From: Octopus bimaculoides
Taxonomy: Eukaryota
Assembly (NCBI RefSeq): GCF_001194135.2
Contig: NC_068991.1
Span: 23,282,447-23,346,446 of the forward strand
Direction: 5' to 3'
Length of the DNA: 64,000 bases
Positions 1 to 12,220 of the stretch are shown here, one piece after another (the first letter of the stretch is position 1; every line of letters begins with the position of its first letter). The notes beneath the pieces are model-generated. The model was not told the origin of the DNA. It saw only the letters and a program-made list of their open reading frames with translations, and made no database searches. Made by a program: the position numbers and the translations under genes.

Positions 1-1218
1 ATTAAATGGACGGAATAAGATTGAAGCTACCAATAACTGGGCAGTTTCACTACTTAGATATGGAGCAGGGGTAACTGCATGGACAGTAGACGAACTAAAC
101 AACTTAGACAGAAAACAAGGAAGTTGCTGACTAGATATGGGATATTCCACCCCAAAAGTGACACTGAAAGACTATATGTACCAAGAAAAAGAGGGGGGAG
201 AGGACTTACTGGATGCGAACACAGCATTAGAGCAGAAGAAAACAACATAGCATGGTATGTAAAAAGTGCCACAGTACCACTATTATTGGAAGTAAGAAGG
301 TCAGGCTTGTGTAGGATGGAAGATTGCAAAGATAAAGCACTGTACAAGGACTTGAGAATGAATGAAACTGAAAATAGGTGGACAAAGAAAAGAATGCATG
401 GGTAATTTCATAGGAATGTTGAAGATAAGACAGACATAGAAAAAAGATGGCTATGGATGACAAAGTGATTTAAAACCATAAACAGAGACTCCAATTTAGG
501 CTGCCCAAGAGCAACCATTAAGAACCAATTACATCAAAAACAGAATAGACAACACATCAGAAAGTGATAAGTGCAGAATATGTGGACAAAATTGAGAAAC
601 CGTATGACATATTACCAGTCAATGTATGCCACTAGCCCAGAAAAAATATAAGAGATGCCATGACAATATAGCAAGGAATGTCCATTGGGCACTTTACAAC
701 AAGCATGGACCTGACAGAACAAAAAAGTGGTACGAACACAAACCCGAAGGCATCATCGAAAATGATAATGCAAAGATTCTATGGGATTTTATGATTCAGT
801 GTGAACATGCGATAGAGAATAGGAATCCAGACATAGTGTTAATTGAGAAAGAAAGCAAATGATGCTGAATCATAGATATAGCATGCCCTGCTGACAACAA
901 GGTATGTGATAAGGAAGTAAGAAAAGTCAATAGATATGACAGGTTAGCTTGAGAGGTTAAGCAGTTGTGGTTGCTGAAAAAAGTGGTAGTAGTACCAATA
1001 ACTGTCAGAGCCCTGGAAAGAGTAAATAAAAATCTTGAGAAGTACATGAAACAAATAGAGGCTGCAATAAGTGTGGAACACTTTGCAGAAAACAGCACTG
1101 CTTGGAACTGCTTGAATACTCCGGATGGTGCTCAAAAATAAGGGGTGTTACCTTAGTTCACTTGTAGTGAACAGCTGGCACCATAGTACATCACCAGCAT
1201 TAGAAGCTATGCAAAGAC
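1..1218 (+). mobile_element. 3' part of an R4/Dong-like non-LTR retrotransposon (RT thumb, CCHC knuckle, RLE endonuclease), degenerate
   Basis: Translated fragments RLYVPRKRGGRGL, CRICG...HITSQC, KRCHDNIARNVHW, KILWDF, NPDIVLIEK..C.IIDIACPAD..KVNRYDRL..EVKQLW..KVVVVP. Stops and frameshifts present; ends in (TAA)n at about 1219. Confidence 0.9.
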
Positions 1219-1248
1219 AATAAATAATAATAATTATTATTATTATTA
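1219..1248. repeat. (TAA)n/(ATT)n microsatellite
   Basis: taaataataataattattattattatta; the ATT tract resumes at 3820 on the far side of the Helitron. Confidence 0.9.
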
Positions 1249-2947
1249 CTAGTACATGACCAGTCGATAAGGAAAAAACAATGCTATGTTTAGAATAACA
1301 TTTCAATTTAATTCAACTATTGCTTGAGAAATACACAAAAGATATAATTTGATAATATATTTACATATTCTTATTTATGCAAATACTTTACAAAATCAGT
1401 AATAAAATAACAAAGAAAATATTAAACAAATCTGTACTTTCTAGACAGGCAGCTTATCAATATTTACACTATTTCCGTGTAGACAACATTACGCGTAAGT
1501 TTTCTTATATTTTCATTATGACGTGTACTTGCTCCTGATCTGGTAAATTCTTTTTGACCAGCAAATATCTTAAGATTCACTGGATCCCCAACTCTACTAA
1601 GAACGATATATAACAGGCCATGACTAAATACGGATGCAGGCATGTAGATGCCACACTTAGAAAGGCTTTGTGCTTGACTTTTGTTTATAAACATCGTGAA
1701 AGCAGATCTCACTGGAAATTGGCGTCTTTTCAAAGTAAAGGGCAAATCGGTATCAGATGATTGCAGAATAATGCAGGGAATCAAAAGTATGCATCCTGCA
1801 TCAACACTACTTATTTTACTTGCAGTGATCATATTACCTGACACTGATAACACTCTATAACATGCGCCATTACAGTGCCCATTTCTCTGATATAAGTTTC
1901 TTAGCAACATTATAGGAACACCCATTTTTAATTTGATAATGTGAGGTGGCATGCCACTTATATTAAGAGAATTCAGAAATTCAGGAGGATAGGGTGCAGG
2001 TTGTTGATCTTCTGCAACAGAATCAATACTCCTCAGAGTATATGTCTCACCAGGAAATTTCTGGATTATGTGGTTATTTAGATTGTCAACTTCTTCATTC
2101 TTTGTTGTTAATATTGCTCATGATGATAACCATTTGGCATTGTTAAAATTAACCTCTAAATCTTCATATGGTTGATCAAATCCTCGTTGCTGTTGACTTG
2201 AAATTGCTGAGGAATCTCTATTACATCATCATATAATTGTCTTTGAACAATGGGGATTCATCTATCACCAACTTGCAATAACCAAACAGAATGATATGCC
2301 AGTCGAGCTTGAGAGGTGGTATCATTATTGCTAAGACAGTTTTGCACTCTCACATTAGTGGTGAGATGAAGTACTTTGCATTTGTGCAAATTACAGATTT
2401 TTTCAAACATGCTCCAATTAGAGAAGGCCTTTGTGCTCTTTGAACCACTGGAAGAATTTGATGGAAATCACCGCCAAAGATCAAATCGTTGTTCATTATA
2501 TCCTTCAGTATTCGATTCAGCACTTCAAATAGATAACGATGACACATGGGTACCCTTGCCCCAAACAATCAAGAGTGCACCGAGTTTTTTGCCCATGACT
2601 TGGTGACAGTTTATCATGGATAGTGGGTATAAATCAAATTTTAAATATTCCTCTGAATATTGACGATCTTTTTTTACTTGAATCAAGCACGAAGAGATTT
2701 CAGTTCAAGGAAATTTTTTCAACAATTTCTTCAAAAAGATTTCAGTATAAACTTTCAGAAAATATGCTCAAAAAGAAACAAAAAATATTCTGTGAATCTT
2801 CTCAGATGCAAAAGCCTTTGTATCAGCCTTTTTGCTGAATTCACAAACTAACTGGTGGGAATAAAATGACCTGTTAATTTTTATCTCTGTTCATCTATAT
2901 ACATGTGTATGTGTGTATACATGTGTTACCAGTATCATAAATCTTTA

Positions 2948-2985
<38 letters not shown>

Positions 2986-3819
2986 TTCACTGGTGCTACC
3001 GCTTACATCCACTCCATTTCACGCCATTCAGTTCTTTCATCCCTCTCCCCCAACACCATTTATTGCCATACCCTGCAGCAGCACATTTTTCTTGTGTACT
3101 TAGATTTTTGTTATCAGAGATAAAAGAATCAATACTTTTAGACACACTCGCACACATAAGTCTGTCACCAGTTTATTTCTCCATAGGGAATTAAGATGGT
3201 ATTGCTTTCAGTACTGACCAGTTCTATACTACATACATGCATGCACATACACACAAACACACGCGCATTTGTAATTACCTACATGTTTTCACATACCACT
3301 AAATCGAAGGAAATAATGTATTCCCGCTTTAGTGACATCAGATCTTATTGGGTAAGATGAAAGCAACCTGTTTGTTGTCTCTAAAGTGTCCAAATTTGAT
3401 AAAATTATCTCCATAGAAGGGATGTAAAGAATTTTTTTTTTTAATAACTCATTCTCGAATTGTCCCCTTTCTCCATTGGTATACAAAACTTTGTGTACAA
3501 AAGGTATAAATTCAACATAACCCAATATTACCAAGCCCCACATTGGGAATCACGGCTCTATCTAATTACTGATGGCTTTAGACAGACAGACAGACAGACA
3601 TGACAATATTTGTATCTTATTTACACAGCGTGTAAATAAGATACAGACATTCCTTTTACATACACATATGTTCTCTCTCTCTCTCTCTTTCTTTTTCTCC
3701 CTCCCTTTCTCAACTCTTCTTCTCTACCTCCCTCTCTCTCTCTAACTCTACTTTTCCTCTATCTAATTACTGATGGCTTCAGACAGATGGACAGACGTGG
3801 CTCTTATTATAGTATAAGA
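1249..3819 (-). mobile_element. Internally deleted Helitron (TC...CTAG) inserted at an A|T
   Basis: Minus-strand 5' TC at 3819-3818 (tcttatactataataagagcc...tctgtc). 3' CTAG at 1252-1249 with a remnant subterminal gaccagtcgataagg motif. Flanks A(1248) and T(3820), no TSD. PIF1 helicase inside, in the same orientation. Confidence 0.85.
1464..2575 (-). pseudogene. PIF1-family helicase C-terminal two-thirds (Helitron RepHel remnant)
   Basis: VPMCHRY..LNRILKDIM..FGGDFHQILPVV, AILTTKNEEVD, PPEFLNSLNISGMPPH..LK.GVPIMLLRNL..GHCNG, RRQFPV..AFTMFINKSQAQSL, FSHG.LYIVLSRV, RNVVYTEIV*. Frameshifted; no Walker A or Rep domain seen. Confidence 0.9.
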
Positions 3820-4280
3820 TTATTATTGTAGACTAATAGATGTAAGTATTCCCACTGATAAAAATATATTTGTCAAGGAATTTGACAAATTAAGTAAATA
3901 TAAGGGCCTGGAAATTGAAATACGAAAGATGTGGCATCTTAAAGTGAGAACTTTTCCTATTATTGTAGGTACCCTAGGTATGTAAAAAAAAGGGATGTCA
4001 GAAACATCTAGATAGTATTTAGGAGAACCATGTCTCAGAGAAATTCAAAAGATTCTGCTGACAAGTACCGCCTACATCTTCAGAAAAAGTCAATCAATTT
4101 AAATGTCTGTGCTGTATTACATGAAGATATTTCGCTACTGCCCCTACCACTTCCCCTCCCCAAGCTTTCAGTCATACTGTAATATCTCTTACCCTTCACT
4201 CGCCCTAGGAGGCTGGGTGTGTCTCGGCAAGTGATTGTAACAAACATGCAGATTAAAAGTAAATCACAATAAAAATAATA
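3820..4280 (+). mobile_element. 5'-truncated 3' end of a second R4/Dong-like family (RLE domain)
   Basis: LIDVSIPTDKNIFVKEFDKLSKYKGLEIEIRKMWHLKVRTFPIIVGTLGM; ends in aataaaaataataat. Confidence 0.75.
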
Positions 4281-4774
4281 ATATTGGAAAAGAATAAAAA
4301 TAACAATACTGGAAAAAATTGGGAAAGAAGAATAATTATTTTAAGGAAGAAAATAACAGCAGGTTTTAGTTAATTTTCTTTTGAATTTCCCTTTATTACT
4401 GTCTTGTTTTCTAGTTTGTTTTATTCGTGTGTGTGTGTGTGTGTTTTAATCTTGTTTGTCAATGGTTAAAAGTTTATATAATCTTTATAGTATGAATCAT
4501 TTCATTACTAAGTAAAACCCTTGAATGATTTCATCTTAACCCACACCCTCGCTTCCACCTCTCTCTCTCTTCCACACTCTCTCTCTCTCCCTCTCTATCT
4601 CTCTTACTTAAATTTGCGTAACTGTTATTTCTGACGTAAAAGTGCTCTCCAACCAATGTTTTATCTATGTTTATGATATGTGCAGAGGATTTTGCATGTG
4701 TAAGGTTGAGTGCACAAATGGAAGTATGCATACATACATAGATATACATAAGAATGCATACACACACATATATA

Positions 4775-5012
4775 CAAGGTCTGATCAATAAGTATCCGGA
4801 CTGTTGTCATAGTAACAAAGCTAAAGCACGCAGAGTAAAGCTGTTTGTCATAGATTGACCTTGGACTTTGTCGTGCAAGTGCACTAAGTTTTAATGGTCT
4901 AGCTCACTTCTGCTGTTTACAACAGTGCTTGGAAGGAATATGTGTAACGCGATCGTCGCATTGACCATGACAGACAAAGTTGTTGTGGCTATACCTGCTC
5001 AGAGGCCTACAT
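4775..5012 (+). mobile_element. Mariner-family left-end fragment
   Basis: TA + CAAGGTCTGATCAATAAGTATCCGGACTG; colinear with both arms of the element at 28481-29375. Confidence 0.75.
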
Positions 5013-5049
5013 GATATTCAACTGTAAGGTAATTGGATAAACCATGGTT

Positions 5050-5191
5050 TATATATATTTTAAGATAAGAAAATAGAGAGATAATTAATAATTATTTATT
5101 AATTAAAAAATTAGAAATGATATCTAATTTTCTAATTAAAAAATAATTATTAATTATCTCTCAATTTTCTCATCTTCTTGATATATATATA
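5050..5191. repeat. AT-rich imperfect palindrome (about 66-bp arms, 7-nt loop)
   Basis: Left arm aagataagaaaatagagagataattaataattattt..ttaga, loop aatgata, then the reverse complement; (TA)n on both sides. Confidence 0.8.
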
Positions 5192-5198
5192 TTCATGT

Positions 5199-5587
5199 AT
5201 TCTTTTATTGCTTTCAGTCATTTGACTGCAGCCATGCTGGAGTACCGCCTTTAGTCAAACAAATCGATCCCAGGACTTCTTTGAAAGCCTAGTGCTTATT
5301 CTATCAGTTTCTGTTGCCAAACCAAGAAGTTAAGAGACGTAAACTAACCAGCATTGGTTGTCAAGCGAAGGTGGAGGGAGAAACACAGACACACAAACAT
5401 ATATACATATACATGCATATATATATGACAGGCTTCTTTCAGTTTCCATCTACCAAATCTACTCTCAAGGCTTTGGTTGGCCCAAGGCTATAGTAGAAGA
5501 CACATGCTCAAGGTGCCATGCAGTGAGACTGAACCTGGAACCATGTGGTTGGGAATCAAGCTTCTTACCACACAGCCACACCAGTGC
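5199..5587 (-). mobile_element. tRNA-derived SINE family A (central microsatellite)
   Basis: Reverse complement of the family seen on + at 19543-19965 and 23318-23746 (gtggctgtgtggtaag...ggttcagtc...caccttgggcaagtgtc...gactgaaac). Confidence 0.8.
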
Positions 5588-6566
5588 GAATATATATATN
5601 NNNNNNNNNNNNNNNNNNNNNNNNNNNNNNNNNNNNNNNNNNNNNNNNNNNNNNNNNNNNNNNNNNNNNNNNNNNNNNNNNNNNNNNNNNNNNNNNNNNN
5701 NNNNNNNNNNNNNNNNNNNNNNNNNNNNNNNNNNNNNNNNNNNNNNNNNNNNNNNNNNNNNNNNNNNNNNNNNNNNNNNNNNNNNNNNNNNNNNNNNNNN
5801 NNNNNNNNNNNNNNNNNNNNNNNNNNNNNNNNNNNNNNNNNNNNNNNNNNNNNNNNNNNNNNNNNNNNNNNNNNNNNNNNNNNNNNNNNNNNNNNNNNNN
5901 NNNNNNNNNNNNNNNNNNNNNNNNNNNNNNNNNNNNNNNNNNNNNNNNNNNNNNNNNNNNNNNNNNNNNNNNNNNNNNNNNNNNNNNNNNNNNNNNNNNN
6001 NNNNNNNNNNNNNNNNNNNNNNNNNNNNNNNNNNNNNNNNNNNNNNNNNNNNNNNNNNNNNNNNNNNNNNNNNNNNNNNNNNNNNNNNNNNNNNNNNNNN
6101 NNNNNNNNNNNNNNNNNNNNNNNNNNNNNNNNNNNNNNNNNNNNNNNNNNNNNNNNNNNNNNNNNNNNNNNNNNNNNNNNNNNNNNNNNNNNNNNNNNNN
6201 NNNNNNNNNNNNNNNNNNNNNNNNNNNNNNNNNNNNNNNNNNNNNNNNNNNNNNNNNNNNNNNNNNNNNNNNNNNNNNNNNNNNNNNNNNNNNNNNNNNN
6301 NNNNNNNNNNNNNNNNNNNNNNNNNNNNNNNNNNNNNNNNNNNNNNNNNNNNNNNNNNNNNNNNNNNNNNNNNNNNNNNNNNNNNNNNNNNNNNNNNNNN
6401 NNNNNNNNNNNNNNNNNNNNNNNNNNNNNNNNNNNNNNNNNNNNACTGGCAACGATCTTACTTGGCTTGAGTTCAAAAACACAATAACAAAAAAACAAAA
6501 AAACAACAAAGTGAGGACGTGATATGGATAGTATTATTGGACGCTCAGGAAAGGAAAGAGAGAGTG

Positions 6567-6599
6567 TATGACGTTTCGGGCGTAGCCCTTCGTCGGAAA
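6567..6599 (-). ncRNA. Minimal type-I hammerhead ribozyme motif (U4C variant)
   Basis: Minus strand: ttt CCGACGA a gggc-tac-gccc GAAA c GTC ata. Palindromic ACGT stem III; weak stem I. Confidence 0.65.
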
Positions 6600-6648
6600 G
6601 ATGGAAAGTTCGGAGAAGTATAGATATATATAAGTATATATCTATACT

Positions 6649-6687
<39 letters not shown>

Positions 6688-7269
6688 ATATGTATACTTA
6701 TATACATATATATCTATACTTATATATATATATATGCATGTATTTATGTATGTATGAGTACATACATATGTGTGTATGTGTAATTGTGTTTGTATATACC
6801 CTTGTTTAACATCAACTGTTCGCTGTAAAGAAGTGTCACCATCATCCAGGTGGTGTTGTCCATTTCCAGTCTTCTGTGAGAAATGTGTCTGGCCATGGAG
6901 AAATATTACCTTGCTTGGAAAACAGATGAGGGCTGATAACAAGAAGGGTATCTGCTGCAGAAAATCTGCCTCAATAAATTCCATCTGTCAGATGCAAGAA
7001 TGGAAAAGTGGGCATTAAATAGTGATGATAATGGTGATGATGATGATGAGAATATAGGTGCAGACGTCGCTGTACGGTAAGGGGCTTGCTTCCTAACCAC
7101 ATGGTTCTGAGTTCAATCCACCTTGTGTAGTACTTTGGGTGTCTTCTACTATGGCTTCAGGCTGACCAAAGCCTTGTGAATGGATTTGCAGACATAAACT
7201 GAGAGAAGCCTGTAGTATGTCTGACAGAGATGTATTAGTTGTAGAAGAGAGGAGGAGCTTAGTAAAAAG

Positions 7270-7650
7270 TAAGTAAAGTTACCTTCTGGAGTCGTGCTAA
7301 CTCATAAGGGCTGATTTCCCAGTTTCATGACACCCAATCCAGGAATCAAAACCACAATCTTACGATCATGTGTCAGACACCCTAATCACTAAGCCACACA
7401 CTTCCACAGACAGATCTTTGCCAAGTCATATAGACTCATAGGGTAAGTTTCCTGTTTTCCATGGCATATATATTAACCCCCTGGATGGGATGCCAGTCTA
7501 TCGCAGGGTTACTCATTTTTGCTAGCTGAGTAGACTGGAGAAGCATGAAATGAAGTGTTTTGCTCAAAAACACGTGTTACCCAATCCAGAAATTGAAACC
7601 ACAGTCTTATGATCACAAGTCCAACACCCTAACCAATAAGTCACACACCT
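7270..7650 (-). mobile_element. Two fragments of tRNA-derived SINE family C (CORE-like body)
   Basis: Reverse-complement similarity to the SINE at 8848-9110 (A/B boxes, ttgagcaaaacacttcatttca). Confidence 0.7.
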
Positions 7651-7654
7651 CGAT

Positions 7655-8300
7655 GGAGGAGCTGCGTGGAGGAGGAAAGATACTATGTCTGGGGGTCACT
7701 GATGTAGCAATAGTGGAAGGAGAGATACAGAGAGGTGGTAGAAGTGATAGTGTGGGGGTCAGTGGTGTTGTAGTGTGAGAAGAGGTAAAGAGAAAGAGGG
7801 GGGGGAGAGAGACAGAGAGAGCTAGAGGAAGAGGGGGAGCAGGCGGAGGAGGAGTCAGTATGTCTGTAGGCCAGTGGTGTTGTAGTGATAGAAAAGATAA
7901 AGAGAGAGAGGGGGAGAGAAAGCGAGTGAGAGAGAGAGAGAGAGGGAAAGAGACAGAGACTGAGAGAGAGTGAGTGAGTTAGAGAGGAAAAGCAGAAAAA
8001 GGAGGAGGAGCAGGAGGAGAGGCAGGAAGATGAGGAGTCAGTATGTCTGTGGGATGGTGTTGTAGTAGTGATACAAGAGGTAGGGGTAGAGAGAGAGGGG
8101 AGGAGGAGGAAGTAGAGTCAGAATGTCTGTTGGTCAGTGGTGTAGTAGAGGTTGAAAGGATAGAGTGAGTGGGAGACATGTCTGTTGGACATTGTAGAAG
8201 AGAGAGAGAGAGAGGGGGGTGAGATAGAAAGAGACTAAATTGACTGTCTGTCAGCCAGTGACATAGGAGAGTAGAAGAGGCAGAGATATAGGAGGAGTAA
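7655..8300. repeat. Degenerate GA-rich compound tandem repeat
   Basis: Recurrent gagtcagtatgtctgt..gtggtgttgtagtg units separated by (GA)n and (GGA)n. Confidence 0.7.
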
Positions 8301-8847
8301 TACATTTTGGGCCATATAAGAGAAAATAGACAGAACACCTGTAGGCCTGCTCTCAAGATGTTATACACCTGTCTTTTTCAGAGAAAAAGGTGTCATTAAG
8401 TAGCAATAAAACAGGAAGAGAAAGGAAACGGTATATCAATGAGTCAGAGGATGTAGAACATTGGTATCAATTGAATAACCTGTGTGTGTGTGTGTAGGAC
8501 TATTTGGATATTATTCAGTAACTAAGGCTTTACCAATACATTCTTTTAAGATCTGAATTTGTCTATATACGGAAAGATGTAATATTTATCCCTACTTAAG
8601 GTGAATGTCCTGTTAGAACAAGTCTTGTTTATATCGTTAGTGGGAAGATAAATCCCTGCTACTGAGACCACCAGATTACATGATTTCAACCTTCTTTGGT
8701 CTTATCAATGATGGACACTCAACCACTAAAGATAGCAGTGATTCATATCCCCACCAGTATACATAGAAAAATAATGCCAGAACAGGTGCTGGTCTCGCAA
8801 TTAGCCAGTGAGATTGTTACAAAATATATATTAGTAATAGAAGCAGT

Positions 8848-9110
8848 GGAGGCACGTGGCTTAGTGGTTAGGGTGTCAGCACCATGATCGTAAGATTGTG
8901 GTTTCGATTCCTGGACCAGGCGACGCATTGTGTTCTTGAGCAAAACACTTCATTTCACATTGCTCCAGTTCACTCAGCTGGCAAAAATGAGTAACGCTGC
9001 AATGGACTGGCATCCCATCCAGCTGGGGAACACATACGCCACAGAAACCGGGAAACCGGGTCCATGAGCCTGGCTAGGCTTTAAAAGGGCACATTTATTT
9101 TTTTTAAATT
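8848..9110 (+). mobile_element. Full-length tRNA-derived SINE family C with TSD
   Basis: A box tggcttagtgg, B box ggtttcgattcc, CORE-like gtgttcttgagcaaaacacttc. TSD gaagcagt at 8840-8847 and 9111-9118. Confidence 0.85.
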
Positions 9111-9959
9111 GAAGCAGTAATATTTATCCTCACTTAAGTGGAGATAAATATTACCTCTCAGTATTAACATTACCTCTGGTCTCTCTCTCTCTCTCTTTCT
9201 CTCTCCCTCCTGCTCTCAGTTTCATTAAGCACTTGCTTCTCCCAACACTCTACCTCTGCTCCCAACCCCACCCCACTCTATATAAACTAGCTTATTCAGA
9301 TTCCCTTACCTCATATTTTAATACACTGTCACAGAGTTGGAACCAGATGTTCAGATAAGCAAACTTGTTTTCTAACCTAGCACACATCTATAACCTCTTT
9401 TCAGCCCAGATTATAATTACTTTATTATTTCATTTCATTATCTCTCTATTTCATTATCTATCTATGAAAAGACAGTTTCGTCTTCCATGCTGTATGTTTA
9501 GAGAAAAAAACTTAAGATTCCTTCGTTCAATCCGACTCTCTCTCTTTCTCCATCTCTTTCACGCTCATTTATTATTACCATTTATTCATTCATTTATCTA
9601 ATTTTGCCACAGTTTGGCTGATTGAAAACTGTTGGTTATAGCTCTAGTTAAGGATACAAATGCCCAATTCATCTCATGATTATCATTAATGTTTTCTCAC
9701 ACCAGCAGCCTGAGTTTTTGCTGTTTCGCAGTGTGCCCACCCTTCTCAACCCCACCCCACCCCTTGTACCGGAAGTCTCTATCCTCTGACCTGTATCGAA
9801 TGTCTCTCCCATGAACACCTCCAAAGGCTTAATGTTTCCCCCATCCCTACTTAGGGTTTATCTCCTATGTAATGTAGTGATTATGTAGCACAAAATGATG
9901 GTGTAGTGTATGCAGGTTGAAGGCTATTGTATGTTTATGAGTTCTGCCAAATGAGAGCT

Positions 9960-11449
9960 TTCATTTCAGGTACATGATGCTGCTGTCCCCCATCCCAGGA
10001 TCATGCAGGCCCACACCTCCCACACCCTCAGAGTTGGCACACTGAAAGGTAGGTCTGGTGAGATTGTTGAGATGCTAGAACGGAGACAGGCTGCATCCAA
10101 GAAGTAAGGTGGAGAGGAAGTTCTGTTAGGTTCCTTACAGGCAAAGAACATAGGAGTAAGATTTTCTGGGCAGGGAACACTGACAGGGTGGGGGGTGTGG
10201 GTATACTTCTTGCAGAGAAATGGGTTGATAAGATAATCGAGGTAGTCAGAGTCTGCGATAGAATACTTTAGATTAGATTACTGCTGTATCATGGGTTAGC
10301 AACCATTATCTCGGCTTATGCCTCTCAGCCAGGGCTACTTGATGAACAGAAAGACCGATTTTATGACACCCCCTTGCAGACTACCTCCTCGACAAACGAC
10401 AAGGACCTTCTCTTTGTGGCTGGTGACTTCAATGGGCATGTTGGCTAACATGCAGGGGGCTTCCATGGCGTACATGGAGGCTATGGTTTTGGTTTCTGCA
10501 ATGAGGAGGGAACCAGGCTGCTGGAGTTCTGCGATGTAGATGATCTTATAGTTTGTAATAAAAAAAACTTCAGGAAACCTGCCAGTCACCTGTTCACCTA
10601 CTGATCTGGTGGACACAATAGTCAAATTGATTACATTTTCGCCAGGAAACAGGAAAGATGGCTACTTAGAAATGCCAAAACCTTCCCAGGAGAAGAATGC
10701 ACCCCCACAACATAGATTAGTAGTTAGCGACTTCAGAATAAGAGCTAAATGGATGCCCAGAAGACGACCAGCATGGAGAAGAAGGGTCTCGAAGTTTAAG
10801 GATCCTGTGAATGGACAGAGATTTGGAGACATATTACTTGAAGCTTTTAACGAAATAGAAGGGGATATAGCATCACATGATGTGGAAGACAACTGGAGGT
10901 TGAGGGCCACTGACCAGATCTGTGGATGATGCAAAGTCCCCTCTCAATCCAAAGTAATGTGGTGGTGGAACAATGTAGTTGACAGGGCCATTAGGGGGGG
11001 GGGGAAACAGGCATGGACGGACTGGAAGAACAGTGGTAGCAAGGAATTGTATCAGATTGCCATGAGGGAAGCTAGGAGACAGGTTTACTTAGCCAAAGTA
11101 GAAGCAGATAAGAAAAAATTTGCCAATGTTCTGCATCATGAAGACCAAAGACTTTCGTGTTGCAAAACAGTGTGTGAGAGAGAATCATGATGTCATAGGA
11201 GAAAAATGTGTCCACATAGATGATGGCTCACTTGCATTTAATGAGGCTACAAAGAGAAAGATTGGAGATGCCACTATGAATGGTTGCTCAATGAAGAAAA
11301 TGAATGGGAGAAAGAGAGTCTGCTGAATGTCAACCCAACAGAGGGACCAGCTATCCAAATTGACAGTACCTTGGTAGATAAAGCAATTAAGGGTATGAAG
11401 ATAGGGAAAACCCTCGGCCCATCAGGAATCACTGCAGTGATGCTTAAAA
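9960..11449 (+). mobile_element. RTE-clade LINE fragment: AP endonuclease and start of RT region
   Basis: LRVGTL..GRSGEIVEMLERR, IQEVRWRG, IISAYA.QPG, LFVAGDFNGHVG, QHRLVVSDF. Colinear with 47590-48830; cut off by the palindrome at 11452. Confidence 0.9.
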
Positions 11450-11451
11450 TA

Positions 11452-11953
11452 TCAAACTAGTTTCAATAATATTTTTTGTTTATCAATGGTAAAAGTTTAA
11501 AATTATGAATTAGAAAAACATCTTTAAATATTTCAATGTTGACAACTTAAAATGTTTCAATGTTGACAAATTAACATGTTCAAAACATAAATTTAGCATT
11601 ATGAATTAAGAGGACAAGTGCAAGTTTGAATGTTCATATTAAAACTGTATATCAATTTGTTTGGATGTACAAAGTTCATTAATGTTAGTGGTGCTTTGTA
11701 CATTCAAACAAATTGATATACAGTTTTAGTATTATTGACTGCTATGAACATTCAAACTTGCACCTGTCCTCCTAATTCATAATGCTAAATTTATGTTTTG
11801 AACATGTTAATTTGTCAATATTGAAACATTTTAATTTGTCAACATTGAAATATTTTAATTTGTCAACATTGAAACGTTTAAAGATGTTTTTCTAATTCAT
11901 AATTTTAAACTTTTTCCATTGATAAACAAAAAATATTGTTGAAACTAGTTTGG
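11452..11953. mobile_element. Fold-back (fully palindromic) MITE-like element, TA-flanked
   Basis: (t/c)caaactagtttcaa...ttgaaactagtttgg; arms of about 225-250 bp around a 20-nt loop (ttcattaatgttagtggtgc); TA at 11450-51 and 11954-55. Confidence 0.8.
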
Positions 11954-12220
11954 TATATATGTAAATAAATGTATTTTAAACATCTATGAGTTTCTGAAAT
12001 TTAGGTGCATTTTCAACTTCACATTTCCCTATATATTTTCCTGCGAGGAAATACCTGCCTCTCTTTTGTTTTATATATATATATGTCAGTAAATGGTGGA
12101 GTTGTGTTAACCGCATGTGGAGAAATAATAGGAAAAAAAAAATAATGATAATAATGAGGCAGAATGCTAAACTAAAATCATATTTTAATATAGATGTGCA
12201 TAAGGAGAATTAAAAAGGAT

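Noticed and set aside
8848-8925. tRNA-like sequences (also at 62990 and about 23320)
   Set aside because: A/B boxes are present but continue into SINE bodies with TSDs; no complete cloverleaf, so not tRNA genes.
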